Part shown: positions 19,246 to 28,829 of the stretch, piece after piece
Numbering within the stretch: the stretch's first letter is position 1
Layout: each line of letters opens with the position of its first letter
IMG/VR virus record: IMGVR_UViG_2718218453_000001
Coordinates: 1-53,871 of that record
Strand: one strand, 5' to 3'
Source: a virus
Lineage: Duplodnaviria > Heunggongvirae > Uroviricota > Caudoviricetes
DNA: 53,871 nt
Position numbers and translations under genes: made by a program
The notes under the pieces: model-generated
What the model was told of the DNA's origin: nothing
What the model saw: only the letters and a program-made list of their open reading frames with translations
Databases searched by the model: none

Positions 19246-20457
19246 TTAAGGCTCAAGATAATCATGCTTCATCATTTTATGAATTAACAATTGAACTTTT
19301 TTGAATGAGGTATTATTGTAATATTCCACTAGCGATTCATCAAAATCTTCAATTGTACCTGATGCTGGAGTTGGTCCTCCCATTATGAGTCTATCTTCAT
19401 CCATACCATCGGTCTTGACGTTTAAAGTGCTAAATACTTGCCATGAAACAGGTTTGGTAAATTTAAATATATTTAGTAAGTGTGGGCAGTAATCATAACC
19501 AGAATCCAAAATATTATCCATTTTAGGTGGCATGATTATATTAATACCAATATCACTATCTTTTTGATTGAGAATTTTAGTCGTGCGATAAGCGATACCG
19601 GCTATGCCCTTATTTTCATTGCTGCTGAGCCATTGCATAAGAAGGTTGGGGATTATGTACTCAGGGTTGAAACTAGAGTTTTTATGTTGTTTTGTATAAT
19701 TACAGGCTAACACAAGTGGCCAGGAAATTAAGTTCGAAATGACCCTATTCATAGTTCCTTCAGTATCATTATCTAACAGCCATGCTAAGGTGTTTATGTT
19801 CAATGCTGATCTCAAATTATAACCAAGGTTAAGTATTCTATGTGATGAACCAGACTCTGTGATGAATGAAGATACATATAATTTATCAAAGTCTGGTTTT
19901 TCCATTTCTTGCCAACATACAAAAATAGAGGTTCCTAAATATAAACAAGGAAGGCCTGAGACTGAGTATCTTTGTGCATTCACAAGATAACGTTTAGAAA
20001 AAGGAATATGAAAGATATCACGCCTTTCTTTTATTATTTGATCGCTTTTTCTTACGCGAAATAGAGGTTTTCCAGGATGACAAAACACACTTAATGGAAC
20101 GGACATATTATAGATGTGGTCATTTATATTTGTCTTGGTGATAGCGTGATCAAATGTTAGGTAAGATTCTTTGATTTTACCGTTTAAATATAATCTAAGT
20201 GTTTCTGAAATTTTATCCGAGAGTGTTTTTGTGCTTTTTATTTTTGATTTTATTTCACGAATTACAAGGTTGTGAGGGTTTTTACTGTAAATCTTGTTTA
20301 TGACTTCTAGGTAACATTTAACCCTATTGTTAAAATCTTTAATGATATTATTTCCCGCGAGATAAGGAGCTTGTAATAGTGGTTTGGACTCTATTTCGAA
20401 TAATATTTCATTAAGCATTGCTACATAATCTGTGGTACTAATTTTATTAATTTTCAT
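19246..20457 (-). CDS. RES-domain-like protein (cargo)
   Basis: 403 aa, AT-rich; segment QRYSVSGLPCLYLGTSIFVCWQEM resembles the RES-domain core (Arg ... Glu); starts 4 nt after int stop. Confidence 0.65.
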   Translation of the reverse strand: MKINKISTTDYVAMLNEILFEIESKPLLQAPYLAGNNIIKDFNNRVKCYLEVINKIYSKNPHNLVIREIKSKIKSTKTLSDKISETLRLYLNGKIKESYLTFDHAITKTNINDHIYNMSVPLSVFCHPGKPLFRVRKSDQIIKERRDIFHIPFSKRYLVNAQRYSVSGLPCLYLGTSIFVCWQEMEKPDFDKLYVSSFITESGSSHRILNLGYNLRSALNINTLAWLLDNDTEGTMNRVISNLISWPLVLACNYTKQHKNSSFNPEYIIPNLLMQWLSSNENKGIAGIAYRTTKILNQKDSDIGINIIMPPKMDNILDSGYDYCPHLLNIFKFTKPVSWQVFSTLNVKTDGMDEDRLIMGGPTPASGTIEDFDESLVEYYNNTSFKKVQLLIHKMMKHDYLEP

Positions 20458-20461
20458 TATG

Positions 20462-21481
20462 TTAAATCGCTAGTGATGATAAAGGGTTTTTTGTTACAGC
20501 ATCTTCAAGATGCTCAGGTGAAAAATGAGAATAGACCATAGTCATTTTTATATCTGAATGGCCTAAAATATCTCTTAGTACAAGAATATTCCCTCCATTC
20601 ATCATAAAGTAACTGGCGAATGTATGGCGCAAGACGTGGGTACATTGTCCCTCTGGCAAGTCGATACCAGCTCGTTTAACTGCACGCTCAAAAGCTTTTC
20701 TGCATGGGGTGAATAACTTCCCTCTGTTCTTGGGGAGTTCGTCATACAGATCCTGAGATATCGGCACGGTACGGTTTTTCTTGCCCTTCGTCTTGGTATA
20801 AGTGATGCGGTATTTTGATAACTGATGGCCCTGCAGGTTTTCTGCTTCACTCCACCGCGCACCAGTAGCTAGGCATATTTTTGCAATCATCAGCAGGCTG
20901 GGGCTTTGAGAATCCGCGCAGGCATCCAGCAGGCGTTTAATTTCTTCTGGGGTCAGGAATGCCAGTTCACCCTCTGCGATTTTGAATGTTGGCAGACCGG
21001 CGAGCGGGTTAGGGGCTGACCAGTGGCCCAGTTTTTTCAGAGTCCCAAAAACTGATGATAGGTTGCGTTGTTCGAGGTTTACCGTTCGGGGCTTAACTGG
21101 CGACATAAGCGCGCCATCTTCATTTCGCACTTCACCTTTTAATCGCGCTTCACGGTATTTCGTAAAATCTCCGGCGGTCAGCTCTGAGGCGATAGGGTCG
21201 CCCAGGCCATTACAGATAATTCTAAGTTTCGCCATCAGGCGTTTGGGGTCTGCGAGCGTCTGCCCGTATAGTGAGTGCCATTGCTCTATCACTTCTGACA
21301 GATGCCGCCGATCTTCCTTTTCCCCCAGCCATGGTTTTTTGTTTACTTCATCCATGGTGAAGTTTTCGAATGCTACGGCTTCGCCTTTCGTCGCAAATTG
21401 CTTGCGCACGCGCTTGCCGTCCCGCCCGTTAGGGTAGCACTCACACAACCATTTTCCGTTCGGCTGTTTACTGATGGTCAT
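20462..21481 (-). CDS. int: P2/186-type tyrosine integrase
   Basis: 339 aa; C-terminal HVLRHTFAS...ILGHSDIKMTMVYSH catalytic motifs; position next to the repressor gene. Confidence 0.9.
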   Translation of the reverse strand: MTISKQPNGKWLCECYPNGRDGKRVRKQFATKGEAVAFENFTMDEVNKKPWLGEKEDRRHLSEVIEQWHSLYGQTLADPKRLMAKLRIICNGLGDPIASELTAGDFTKYREARLKGEVRNEDGALMSPVKPRTVNLEQRNLSSVFGTLKKLGHWSAPNPLAGLPTFKIAEGELAFLTPEEIKRLLDACADSQSPSLLMIAKICLATGARWSEAENLQGHQLSKYRITYTKTKGKKNRTVPISQDLYDELPKNRGKLFTPCRKAFERAVKRAGIDLPEGQCTHVLRHTFASYFMMNGGNILVLRDILGHSDIKMTMVYSHFSPEHLEDAVTKNPLSSLAI

Positions 21482-21483
21482 GA

Positions 21484-22116
21484 CTAAATACTCTTGATTA
21501 CTTTAATGGCTCGCCCGACAACTTCCACATCATCAACAGAACACTCAAAGGATGAGTCGTCCTGGTGAACAACAATTCTGTTGCCTGGTATTCGGGCAAT
21601 CTTGACGATGCTTTTCACCCCATCAATATCGACAAGCCAGTAACCATTGCTAACCTGTTTGACAGATATATCCACTACAAAGCAGTCAGTAGACGTTTTT
21701 ATAAACAATGAATTGCCGGGCTCACTGTCCAGTAAGCTGCTATCAAGCAAGACTTCCCCTTCGTTATTCAACTCCCCATTCTTCAATTCGGCTTGCTTAA
21801 TGCTGGGGGCAACGATTTTGGAAAGTGGTCGAAGCGTGACGTTTGACTCGTTTACGGGATTTTTTTCTCGATCTTCTGAAGTGAACATTTCACCCTGGCC
21901 TGTGGCTAGCCATAGCAGCGAAACCCCTGTTTCAAGTGCACACTGGATGACCCACTCAGCAGGAAAGCTATCTCGTAAGTTTCTGTTTGCCATAGTGCTT
22001 TTTGAAATTTTTAAATGGTCAGCTAGTGCTTGTTTGGTGCTGAATCCATATGCCTTAAGCAATCTTTCGATCGCCTCTCTACCTCCCGTATTGGGACCTG
22101 CCTGAATGTTGATCAT
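21484..22116 (-). CDS. cI: 186 CI-like immunity repressor
   Basis: Divergent from the apl-cII operon, adjacent to int; HTH-like N-terminus; start chosen at second ATG with GGAG RBS. Confidence 0.7.
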   Translation of the reverse strand: MINIQAGPNTGGREAIERLLKAYGFSTKQALADHLKISKSTMANRNLRDSFPAEWVIQCALETGVSLLWLATGQGEMFTSEDREKNPVNESNVTLRPLSKIVAPSIKQAELKNGELNNEGEVLLDSSLLDSEPGNSLFIKTSTDCFVVDISVKQVSNGYWLVDIDGVKSIVKIARIPGNRIVVHQDDSSFECSVDDVEVVGRAIKVIKSI

Positions 22117-22235
22117 CAAATACTCCATTGACGACCACTTAAAGTGATCGTAGTATCGCGATTATCCCGCAAGGGGAATCCTGAAAAGTGAGCTAAAACG
22201 AGATAAAACTAACTTAAATCTAAGGATACTGCACT

Positions 22236-22478
22236 ATGAGCACAGATATTTCAATTCGTGTACCAAAAGAGATGGCTACGCCTGCTGAATTCGCTGAATG
22301 GGAAGGTATTTCCCGTGGGTCTGTTTACCAAAAAATTCACCATGGCCAACTCGCTAAGTACATGGTCAAGAAAGAAAAAAACAAAGGCCGCGTAAGCCTG
22401 CGTTATCTGATGTACAAAACTGATCAGGTCCGTGAATCCCTCGGTCATTCCAACTTCCGCGTCATTGTTGGTAAGTAA
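22236..22478 (+). CDS. apl: Apl/Cox-like excisionase-regulator
   Basis: 80-aa basic protein, first gene of the rightward early operon. Confidence 0.55.
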   Translation: MSTDISIRVPKEMATPAEFAEWEGISRGSVYQKIHHGQLAKYMVKKEKNKGRVSLRYLMYKTDQVRESLGHSNFRVIVGK

Positions 22479-22510
22479 CTTCAATTATGGGAACTTTCTA
22501 AGGGAGCACC

Positions 22511-23020
22511 ATGTTTGATTACAAGATTTCCAAACATCCGCATTTTGATGAAGCCTGTCGGGCTTTCGCACTGCGTCACAACATGGCGAAGCTGGCAGAA
22601 CGCGCGGGAATGAACGTCCAGACGCTGCGTAACAAGCTTAACCCGGAACAATCACATCAGCTCACGCCGTCAGAAATCTGGTTGCTTACCGATCTGACTG
22701 AAGATTCAACGCTGGTCGATGGCTTTCTGGCTCAGATTCATTGTCTGCCATGTGTACCGATTAATGAGGTGGCAAAAGAGAAACTGCCACATTACGTCAT
22801 GAGTGCAACCGCAGAGATCGGGCGTGTTGCTGCAGGTGCGGTATCTGGCGATGTAAAAACCTGTGCCGGTCGTCGTGATGCTATCAGCAGCATTAACTCT
22901 GTAACACGACTGATGGCGCTGGCGGCTGTTTCATTGCAGGCCCGTTTACAGGCTAATCCTGCGATGGCGAGTGCAGTTGATACCGTGACTGGCCTCGGTG
23001 CTTCATTCGGTTTGCTGTGA
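22511..23020 (+). CDS. cII: 186 CII-like regulator
   Basis: 169 aa; sequence (MFDYKISKHPHFDEACRAFALRHNMAKLAERAGMNVQTLRNKLNPEQ...) closely matches my recollection of phage 186 CII. Confidence 0.8.
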   Translation: MFDYKISKHPHFDEACRAFALRHNMAKLAERAGMNVQTLRNKLNPEQSHQLTPSEIWLLTDLTEDSTLVDGFLAQIHCLPCVPINEVAKEKLPHYVMSATAEIGRVAAGAVSGDVKTCAGRRDAISSINSVTRLMALAAVSLQARLQANPAMASAVDTVTGLGASFGLL

Positions 23021-23027
23021 GGTGCTT

Positions 23028-23324
23028 ATGCTGACGAAAGAACCATCATTTGCATCGCTGCTGGTAAAACAAAGCCCGGCAATGCACTACGGTCACGGCT
23101 GGATCATGGGTGAGGATGGTAAACGCTGGCATCCGTGCCGTTCACAAGATGAATTGCTGTCTGAATTGACCACGAGGAAACGGAGAAAGTCCAAATGTAT
23201 GCGGCAGAAAATAAAGTGGTTTATCACTTTCGTTACAGAGGGGAGAATTATTCAGTACCTGAAGATGATTTGCTCTGTTGTTATCCGTCGTTGTCGGGCG
23301 ATGGTAGCTACTTTTTCACGCTAA
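23028..23324 (+). CDS. Hypothetical early protein (extent uncertain)
   Basis: Open frame after cII; C-terminal part overlaps the next ORF in another frame and looks non-protein-like. Confidence 0.3.
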   Translation: MLTKEPSFASLLVKQSPAMHYGHGWIMGEDGKRWHPCRSQDELLSELTTRKRRKSKCMRQKIKWFITFVTEGRIIQYLKMICSVVIRRCRAMVATFSR

Positions 23325-23419
23325 AGGATGGAACCTTTATACGTGGTGAAAAAGTACAAGAAGTGATGCGTATAAAGACATCACCTCTTGAACGTTATCG
23401 GCGAAATATTTATCGGTAA
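23195..23419 (+). CDS. Hypothetical early protein
   Basis: 74-aa ORF with GGAG upstream; plausible composition. Confidence 0.4.
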   Translation: MYAAENKVVYHFRYRGENYSVPEDDLLCCYPSLSGDGSYFFTLKDGTFIRGEKVQEVMRIKTSPLERYRRNIYR

Positions 23420-23658
23420 CGATCTATCAGTGTCTGTATCAGATGAGTGAATTCTTGTTGTTTAACCGAACCTAAAGGAAGTTTGTTTAATTCTTCGCGG
23501 AGGAGCTCAAAAAATGCTGATTGATTTGCTGAGTCAGTTCGAAATAAGGAGTGGATCAGACCTGAAACAAGAATTCGTTGAACAGCAACCTCATCGCGAA
23601 GACTGGAGATCTCGTTTTCAAGTTGCTCTATACGCTCTCTTTCAACCGGGTTCAACAT
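23410..23658 (-). CDS. Hypothetical small protein encoded antisense to the early operon
   Basis: 82 aa, AAGGAA RBS, coiled-coil-like composition; fills a gap in plus-strand genes. Confidence 0.4.
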   Translation of the reverse strand: MLNPVERERIEQLENEISSLRDEVAVQRILVSGLIHSLFRTDSANQSAFFELLREELNKLPLGSVKQQEFTHLIQTLIDRYR

Positions 23659-23739
23659 TGATGATTCCTTCTAGCTATCAATATGTTGGTAATGGATCAT
23701 ATCAAAAATTTTTTAGTAGATGTGTTGTGGGATGCATAA

Positions 23740-24081
23740 ATGGCTATTGAAGGCACTGCGGCGACTGTTCCATTAAGCCCCGGTGAACGCCTGAATGGAC
23801 TTAATCACATTGCGGAGTTAAGGGCGAAAGTTTTTGGCCTGAATATTGAGTCAGAGCTTGAGCGGTTTATTAAAGATATGCGTGATTCACGGGATATTAA
23901 TAGCGAACAAAATAAACGGGCACTGGCTGCCATATTCTTTATGGCAAAAATTCCAGCTGAACGTCATAGCATCAGCATTAATGAGCTGACCACTGACGAA
24001 AAGCGGGAGTTGATTAAAGCAATGAATCATTTTCGTGCAGTGGTGAGCTTATTTCCCAGACGGCTAACCATGCCGAATTAA
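23740..24081 (+). CDS. Hypothetical early protein
   Basis: 113-aa ORF in early operon. Confidence 0.55.
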   Translation: MAIEGTAATVPLSPGERLNGLNHIAELRAKVFGLNIESELERFIKDMRDSRDINSEQNKRALAAIFFMAKIPAERHSISINELTTDEKRELIKAMNHFRAVVSLFPRRLTMPN

Positions 24082-24148
24082 CCAACTAATGAAATTAATG
24101 GCGTAAACCCGCCGGGCATCCCTTTATCTAAATTCAGGAGAATTGATT

Positions 24149-24382
24149 ATGCGTAATATTGAAACCCTCACGACTAAAACCGGACCGGATGATGCAGGTC
24201 TTAATCTTTTACTGACAGAGGCCCGTCTTGAAGAACGTCGGGCAAGGGCTGAGGCAATGGCTGCCCGCCTTGATAGCCTGGCGTGTCATATCACATCCCG
24301 CCAGTTAAACCACGTCGAAGCGGCAGAACTGCTGCGTGTGACTGCTGAAGCAATCCAGAACGAAGCGCAGGAGATCCACTGA
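24149..24382 (+). CDS. Small early protein (DUF2732-like)
   Basis: ATG at 24149 with AGGAG RBS; small helical protein at the P2 orf80-83 position. Confidence 0.55.
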   Translation: MRNIETLTTKTGPDDAGLNLLLTEARLEERRARAEAMAARLDSLACHITSRQLNHVEAAELLRVTAEAIQNEAQEIH

Positions 24383-24609
24383 TGGCTGATGCAATGGATC
24401 TCGTACAGCAGCGAGTTGAAGAAGAACGCCAACGTCATATCCGTGCTGCCCGTGCCAAAACACCGGGCGTGTCCCGCGTGCTTTGCGTTGAGTGTGAAGC
24501 GCCAATTCCGCCAGCACGCCGTCGTGCCATTCCGGGTGTGCAGCTTTGCATTACCTGTCAGGAAATCGCAGAGCTGAAAGGCAAACATTACAACGGAGGT
24601 GCTGTATGA
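24382..24609 (+). CDS. TraR/DksA-family C4 zinc-finger protein
   Basis: CVECEAPIPPARRRAIPGVQLCITCQ four-cysteine motif. Confidence 0.75.
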   Translation: MADAMDLVQQRVEEERQRHIRAARAKTPGVSRVLCVECEAPIPPARRRAIPGVQLCITCQEIAELKGKHYNGGAV

Positions 24610-25463
24610 GCACCATCCTGAAATGGGCGGGAAATAAAACCGCAATTATGTCCGAACTGAAAAAACACCTTCCTGCTGGCCCGCGACTGGTTGAACCTTT
24701 CGCGGGTTCCTGTGCGGTGATGATGGAGACGGATTATCCAAGCTATCTGGTTGCGGATATTAATCCTGATTTAATCAACCTCTATAAAAAGGTTGCCGCT
24801 GATTGTGAATCGTTTATATCTCGCGCCAGAGTTTTATTTGAGATCGCAAACAGGGAGGTAGCTTATTACAACATAAGGCAGGAGTTTAATTACTCAACTG
24901 AAATTACTGATTTCATGAAAGCGGTATATTTCCTGTATCTCAATCGTCACGGTTACCGTGGTTTATGTCGCTATAACAAGAGCGGGCATTTCAACATTCC
25001 CTACGGTAATTATAAAAATCCGTATTTATCTGAAAAAGAAATTCGCGCATTTGCAGAAAAAGCCCAGCGGGCAACGTTTATCTGCGCCAGCTTTGATGAA
25101 ACGCTGGCGATGTTGAAGGCGGGGGATGTGGTGTATTGCGATCCGCCGTATGACGGTACGTTTTCCGGCTATCACACTGATGGTTTCACTGAAGATGACC
25201 AGTATCACCTGGCATCCGTTCTTGAACATCGAGCATCTGAAGGACATCCGGTCATTGTTTCTAACAGTGACACATCCCTGATCCGTTCGCTGTATCGCAA
25301 TTTTACTCACCACTACATCAAGGCAAAACGCAGCATCGGCGTAGCAGCTGGTGAGAGTAAATCTGCAACAGAAATCATCGCTGTTTCCGGGGCGCGCTGC
25401 TGGGTGGGATTTGATCCTTTGCGTGGCGTGGATAGTTCTGCCGTGAACGGAGTGCGTGCATGA
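24606..25463 (+). CDS. DNA adenine methyltransferase (Dam-like, orphan)
   Basis: N-terminal KWAGNK...EPFAGSCAV and catalytic DPPY motif; no adjacent restriction gene. Confidence 0.85.
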   Translation: MSTILKWAGNKTAIMSELKKHLPAGPRLVEPFAGSCAVMMETDYPSYLVADINPDLINLYKKVAADCESFISRARVLFEIANREVAYYNIRQEFNYSTEITDFMKAVYFLYLNRHGYRGLCRYNKSGHFNIPYGNYKNPYLSEKEIRAFAEKAQRATFICASFDETLAMLKAGDVVYCDPPYDGTFSGYHTDGFTEDDQYHLASVLEHRASEGHPVIVSNSDTSLIRSLYRNFTHHYIKAKRSIGVAAGESKSATEIIAVSGARCWVGFDPLRGVDSSAVNGVRA

Positions 25464-27874
25464 GCCATGCTGATATGAACAACTGCAGCGGCTTTAACGA
25501 GGCCGCCGCAGCATTCTCATGGAACAGCCCGAAAAAGGCCATTAACCCTTATCTGGACCCGGCGGAAGTCGCGCCGGTTTCTGCGCTTTCAAACCTGATC
25601 ACTCTGTACGCTGCCGATAACGAGCAGGAACAGCTGCGCCGCGAGGCACTGAGTGCTCAGGTCTGGGAGCGTTATTTCTTTAATGAATCCCGTGATCCTG
25701 TCCAACGCGAAATGGAGCAGGATAAGCTCATTAGCTGGGCAAAGCTGGCGCATGAGCAGCAGCGTTTTAATCCAGACATGGTCATTCTGGCGGACGTTAA
25801 CGCCCAGCCTTCCCATATCAGCAAGCCGCTGATGCAACGTATTGAATACTTCAGCAGCCTGGGCAGGCCAAAGGCTTATTCCCGCTATTTGCGTGAGACG
25901 ATTAAGCCATGTCTGGAACGGCTGGAGCATGTACGCGACAGTCAGCTATCCACTTCTTTTCGCTTTATGGCAAGCCATGAAGGGCTGGATGGCCTGCTGA
26001 TTCTGCCTGAAATGAGTCAGGATCAGGTGAAACGCCTGTCCACCTTGGTAGCTGCGCATATGAGCATGTGCCTTGATGCTGCTTGTGGCGATTTGTATGC
26101 CACCGATGATGTTAAGCCAGAAGAAATCCGCAAGACATGGGAAAAGGTGGCAGCAGAAACCCTGCGACTGGATGTCATACCGCCTGCGTTTGAGCAACTC
26201 CGCCGGAAAAGAAACCGCCGTAAACCCGTGCCCTATGAACTCATTCCGGGGTCGCTGGCGCGTATGCTGTGCGCCGACTGGTGGTATCGGAAATTGTGGA
26301 AGATGCGTTGCGAATGGCGGGAAGAGCAGTTGCGTGCTGTTTGCCTGGTCAGCAAAAAAGCATCTCCCTATGTCAGCTATGAAGCCGTGATGCATAAACG
26401 TGAGCAGCGCCGCAAGTCACTGGAGTTTTTCCGTTCTCATGAACTGGTGAACGAAGACGGCGACACGCTGGACATGGAGGATGTGGTAAACGCCAGCAGC
26501 AGCAACCCTGCGCATCGCCGCAATGAGATGATGGCCTGTGTTAAAGGTCTGGAGCTTATCGCGGAAATGCGCGGTGACTGCGCCGTTTTCTACACCATCA
26601 CCTGTCCGTCACGTTTCCATTCCACGCTAAATAACGGCAGGCCCAACCCGACCTGGACAAATGCGACGGTAAGACAAAGCAGTGATTATCTGGTCGGCAT
26701 GTTTGCTGCATTTCGTAAGGCGATGCACAAAGCCGGATTGCGCTGGTATGGCGTGCGGGTGGCTGAGCCGCATCATGACGGTACAGTTCACTGGCATCTG
26801 TTGTGTTTTATGCGCAAAAAAGATCGCCGCACCATTACTGCTTTGTTGCGTAAGTTTGCCATTCGTGAAGACCGCGAGGAGCTGGGTAATAACACGGGAC
26901 CACGCTTTAAGTCTGAGCTGATAAACCCGCGCAAAGGTACGCCAACAAGCTACATCGCGAAATACATCAGTAAGAACATTGACGGGCGTGGTCTGGCTGG
27001 CGAGATCAGCAAGGAAACGGGTAAATCCCTGCGTGATAACGCTGAATACGTTAATGCCTGGGCGTCTCTGCATCGTGTTCAGCAATTCCGCTTCTTTGGC
27101 ATTCCGGGGCGTCAGGCTTACCGTGAACTGCGATTGCTGGCTGGTCAGGCGGCAAGGCAACAGGGGGACAAAAAAGCAGGTGCGCCGGTACTGGATAACC
27201 CGCGCCTTGATGCAATCCTGGCTGCTGCTGATGCTGGTTGTTTTGCCACCTACATCATGAAGCAGGGCGGCGTACTGGTTCCCCGCAAATATCACCTCAT
27301 CAGAACTGCTTATGAAATCAACGAAGAACCGACCGCCTATGGCGATCACGGTATTCGTATTTATGGCATCTGGTCACCCATTGCAGAGGGCAAGATCTGC
27401 ACTCATGCGGTGAAGTGGAAAATGGTTCGTAAGGCCGTTGACGTTCAGGAGGCGGCAGCCGACCAGGGCGCTTGCGCCCCTTGGACTCGTGACAATAACT
27501 GTCCCCTTGCTGAAAATTTGAACCAACAGGAGAAAGATAAATCAGCTGATGGGGACACCAGAACGGACATTACCCGCATGGATGACAAAGAATTGCACGA
27601 TTACCTGCACAGTATGAGCAAAAAAGAACGCCGGGAACTGGCAGCGAGGTTACTCCTGGTTAAACCGAAACGGCGTGAAGACTACAAACAGCGAATTACA
27701 GACCATCAGCGACAGCAGCTCGTGTATGAGCTGAAGTCCAGAGGATTTGATGGTAGCGAGAAAGAGGTCGATTTACTCCTTCGCGGCGGCAGTATTCCGT
27801 CAGGAGCAGGCCTGCGTATCTTCTATCGGAACCAGCGTTTGCAGGAAGATGATAAGTGGCGAAACCTGTATTAA
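25460..27874 (+). CDS. A: Replication initiation endonuclease gpA (rolling-circle)
   Basis: 804 aa; active-site tyrosine pair in YIAKYISK; position and size as P2/186 A. Confidence 0.9.
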   Translation: MSHADMNNCSGFNEAAAAFSWNSPKKAINPYLDPAEVAPVSALSNLITLYAADNEQEQLRREALSAQVWERYFFNESRDPVQREMEQDKLISWAKLAHEQQRFNPDMVILADVNAQPSHISKPLMQRIEYFSSLGRPKAYSRYLRETIKPCLERLEHVRDSQLSTSFRFMASHEGLDGLLILPEMSQDQVKRLSTLVAAHMSMCLDAACGDLYATDDVKPEEIRKTWEKVAAETLRLDVIPPAFEQLRRKRNRRKPVPYELIPGSLARMLCADWWYRKLWKMRCEWREEQLRAVCLVSKKASPYVSYEAVMHKREQRRKSLEFFRSHELVNEDGDTLDMEDVVNASSSNPAHRRNEMMACVKGLELIAEMRGDCAVFYTITCPSRFHSTLNNGRPNPTWTNATVRQSSDYLVGMFAAFRKAMHKAGLRWYGVRVAEPHHDGTVHWHLLCFMRKKDRRTITALLRKFAIREDREELGNNTGPRFKSELINPRKGTPTSYIAKYISKNIDGRGLAGEISKETGKSLRDNAEYVNAWASLHRVQQFRFFGIPGRQAYRELRLLAGQAARQQGDKKAGAPVLDNPRLDAILAAADAGCFATYIMKQGGVLVPRKYHLIRTAYEINEEPTAYGDHGIRIYGIWSPIAEGKICTHAVKWKMVRKAVDVQEAAADQGACAPWTRDNNCPLAENLNQQEKDKSADGDTRTDITRMDDKELHDYLHSMSKKERRELAARLLLVKPKRREDYKQRITDHQRQQLVYELKSRGFDGSEKEVDLLLRGGSIPSGAGLRIFYRNQRLQEDDKWRNLY

Positions 27875-27965
27875 TTACGCTGGTTAACAATTCGTGCTCT
27901 TAATAATACCAGGCATATCAGGCTGATAAGCGTAAAAAAACGTTTTACATCAGTAAGATTATTAT

Positions 27966-27985
27966 ATACTGTAAATATAAACAGT
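27966..27985 (+). promoter_or_regulatory. LexA box (SOS operator)
   Basis: TACTGTAAATATAAACAGTG fits CTGT-N8-ACAG (core 27968-27983), upstream of the small ORF and DinI-like gene. Confidence 0.6.
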
Positions 27986-28027
27986 GGTTATACATACAGT
28001 ATTGCGTGTGGTGTCATAGGAGGAAAG

Positions 28028-28216
28028 ATGCAGGACTATTTTTTGGAGTCTTTGAAGCTCCAGCGCATTGATTTTTTTCTTAAGCTTGTAGCGGCTAGTG
28101 AGTGTAGTGATGAAGAGAAGGGGCTGGCTTTGCAGTGGGTTTCTGAACTAACAGATGAACTCATGGCAAAAATCAGAACCCACGAATACAACCGCTCAAT
28201 GGATGTCATCAGCTGA
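28028..28216 (+). CDS. Hypothetical small protein
   Basis: 62-aa ORF downstream of the LexA box. Confidence 0.4.
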   Translation: MQDYFLESLKLQRIDFFLKLVAASECSDEEKGLALQWVSELTDELMAKIRTHEYNRSMDVIS

Positions 28217-28226
28217 GGTGACTTTT

Positions 28227-28460
28227 ATGCGCATTGAAATAATGATCGATAAAGAGCAGAAGATTAGCCAGTCTACACTGGACGCCCTTGAATCCGAGCT
28301 TTACCGCAATCTGCGCCCCCTGTATCCCAAAACGGTAATTCGTATCCGCAAAGGTAGCTCTAACGGTGTGGAACTGACCGGACTGCAACTGGACGAAGAA
28401 AGAAAACAAGTGATGAAAATTATGCAGAAGGTGTGGGAAGACGACAGCTGGCTGCATTAA
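28227..28460 (+). CDS. DinI-family protein
   Basis: MRIEIMIDKEQKISQSTLDALESELYRNLRPLYPKTVIRIRKGSSNGVELTG... DinI-like; GAGGTG RBS; LexA box upstream. Confidence 0.8.
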   Translation: MRIEIMIDKEQKISQSTLDALESELYRNLRPLYPKTVIRIRKGSSNGVELTGLQLDEERKQVMKIMQKVWEDDSWLH

Positions 28461-28534
28461 GAAACGTTGCTGGCGTCTGAACTTGCTTCTGGCGTCAGCA
28501 AGGTTGAACAACGAGCTGTGCGAGGCGTTAGCTC

Positions 28535-28695
28535 TGTGGTGCATGTCTATGCCGCATGAGATCGCATGATCGTTTGAGGATCGTTTTTGCTAAGGCCTGC
28601 CAGAACTGGCGGGCTTTTGCGTAGATCATGCAGGTGCATGAAAACCACTACATAAAGCGGGCAGGCGTGGCGGGGATACGAGCGCGCGCAAGGTA
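28535..28695. other. cos-like region of prophage (putative cohesive-end site)
   Basis: GGCGTGGCGGGGATACGAG at 28664-28682 shares its first 13 nt with the 186 cohesive end as recalled; surrounding about 150 bp homologous to satellite 12290-12450. Confidence 0.5.
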
Positions 28696-28829
28696 TAGAA
28701 ACAGTCGTTTGTTTACAAACAGATACTATGATTTTCAATGTTCTTTCAAATTGTTGCTTTAAGATAGCAGGTAGATGTTTGTAGTTGTTGCGTGAACTGA
28801 TAAGCTTCAACAACTATCGAGGAAAGGAT

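Noticed and set aside
22998-23324. Full 108-aa ORF from 22998 as annotated in the ORF track
   Set aside because: Its first codons overlap the cII 3' end and its C-terminal third overlaps the better-looking 23195-23419 ORF with implausible composition; only the middle part is likely coding.
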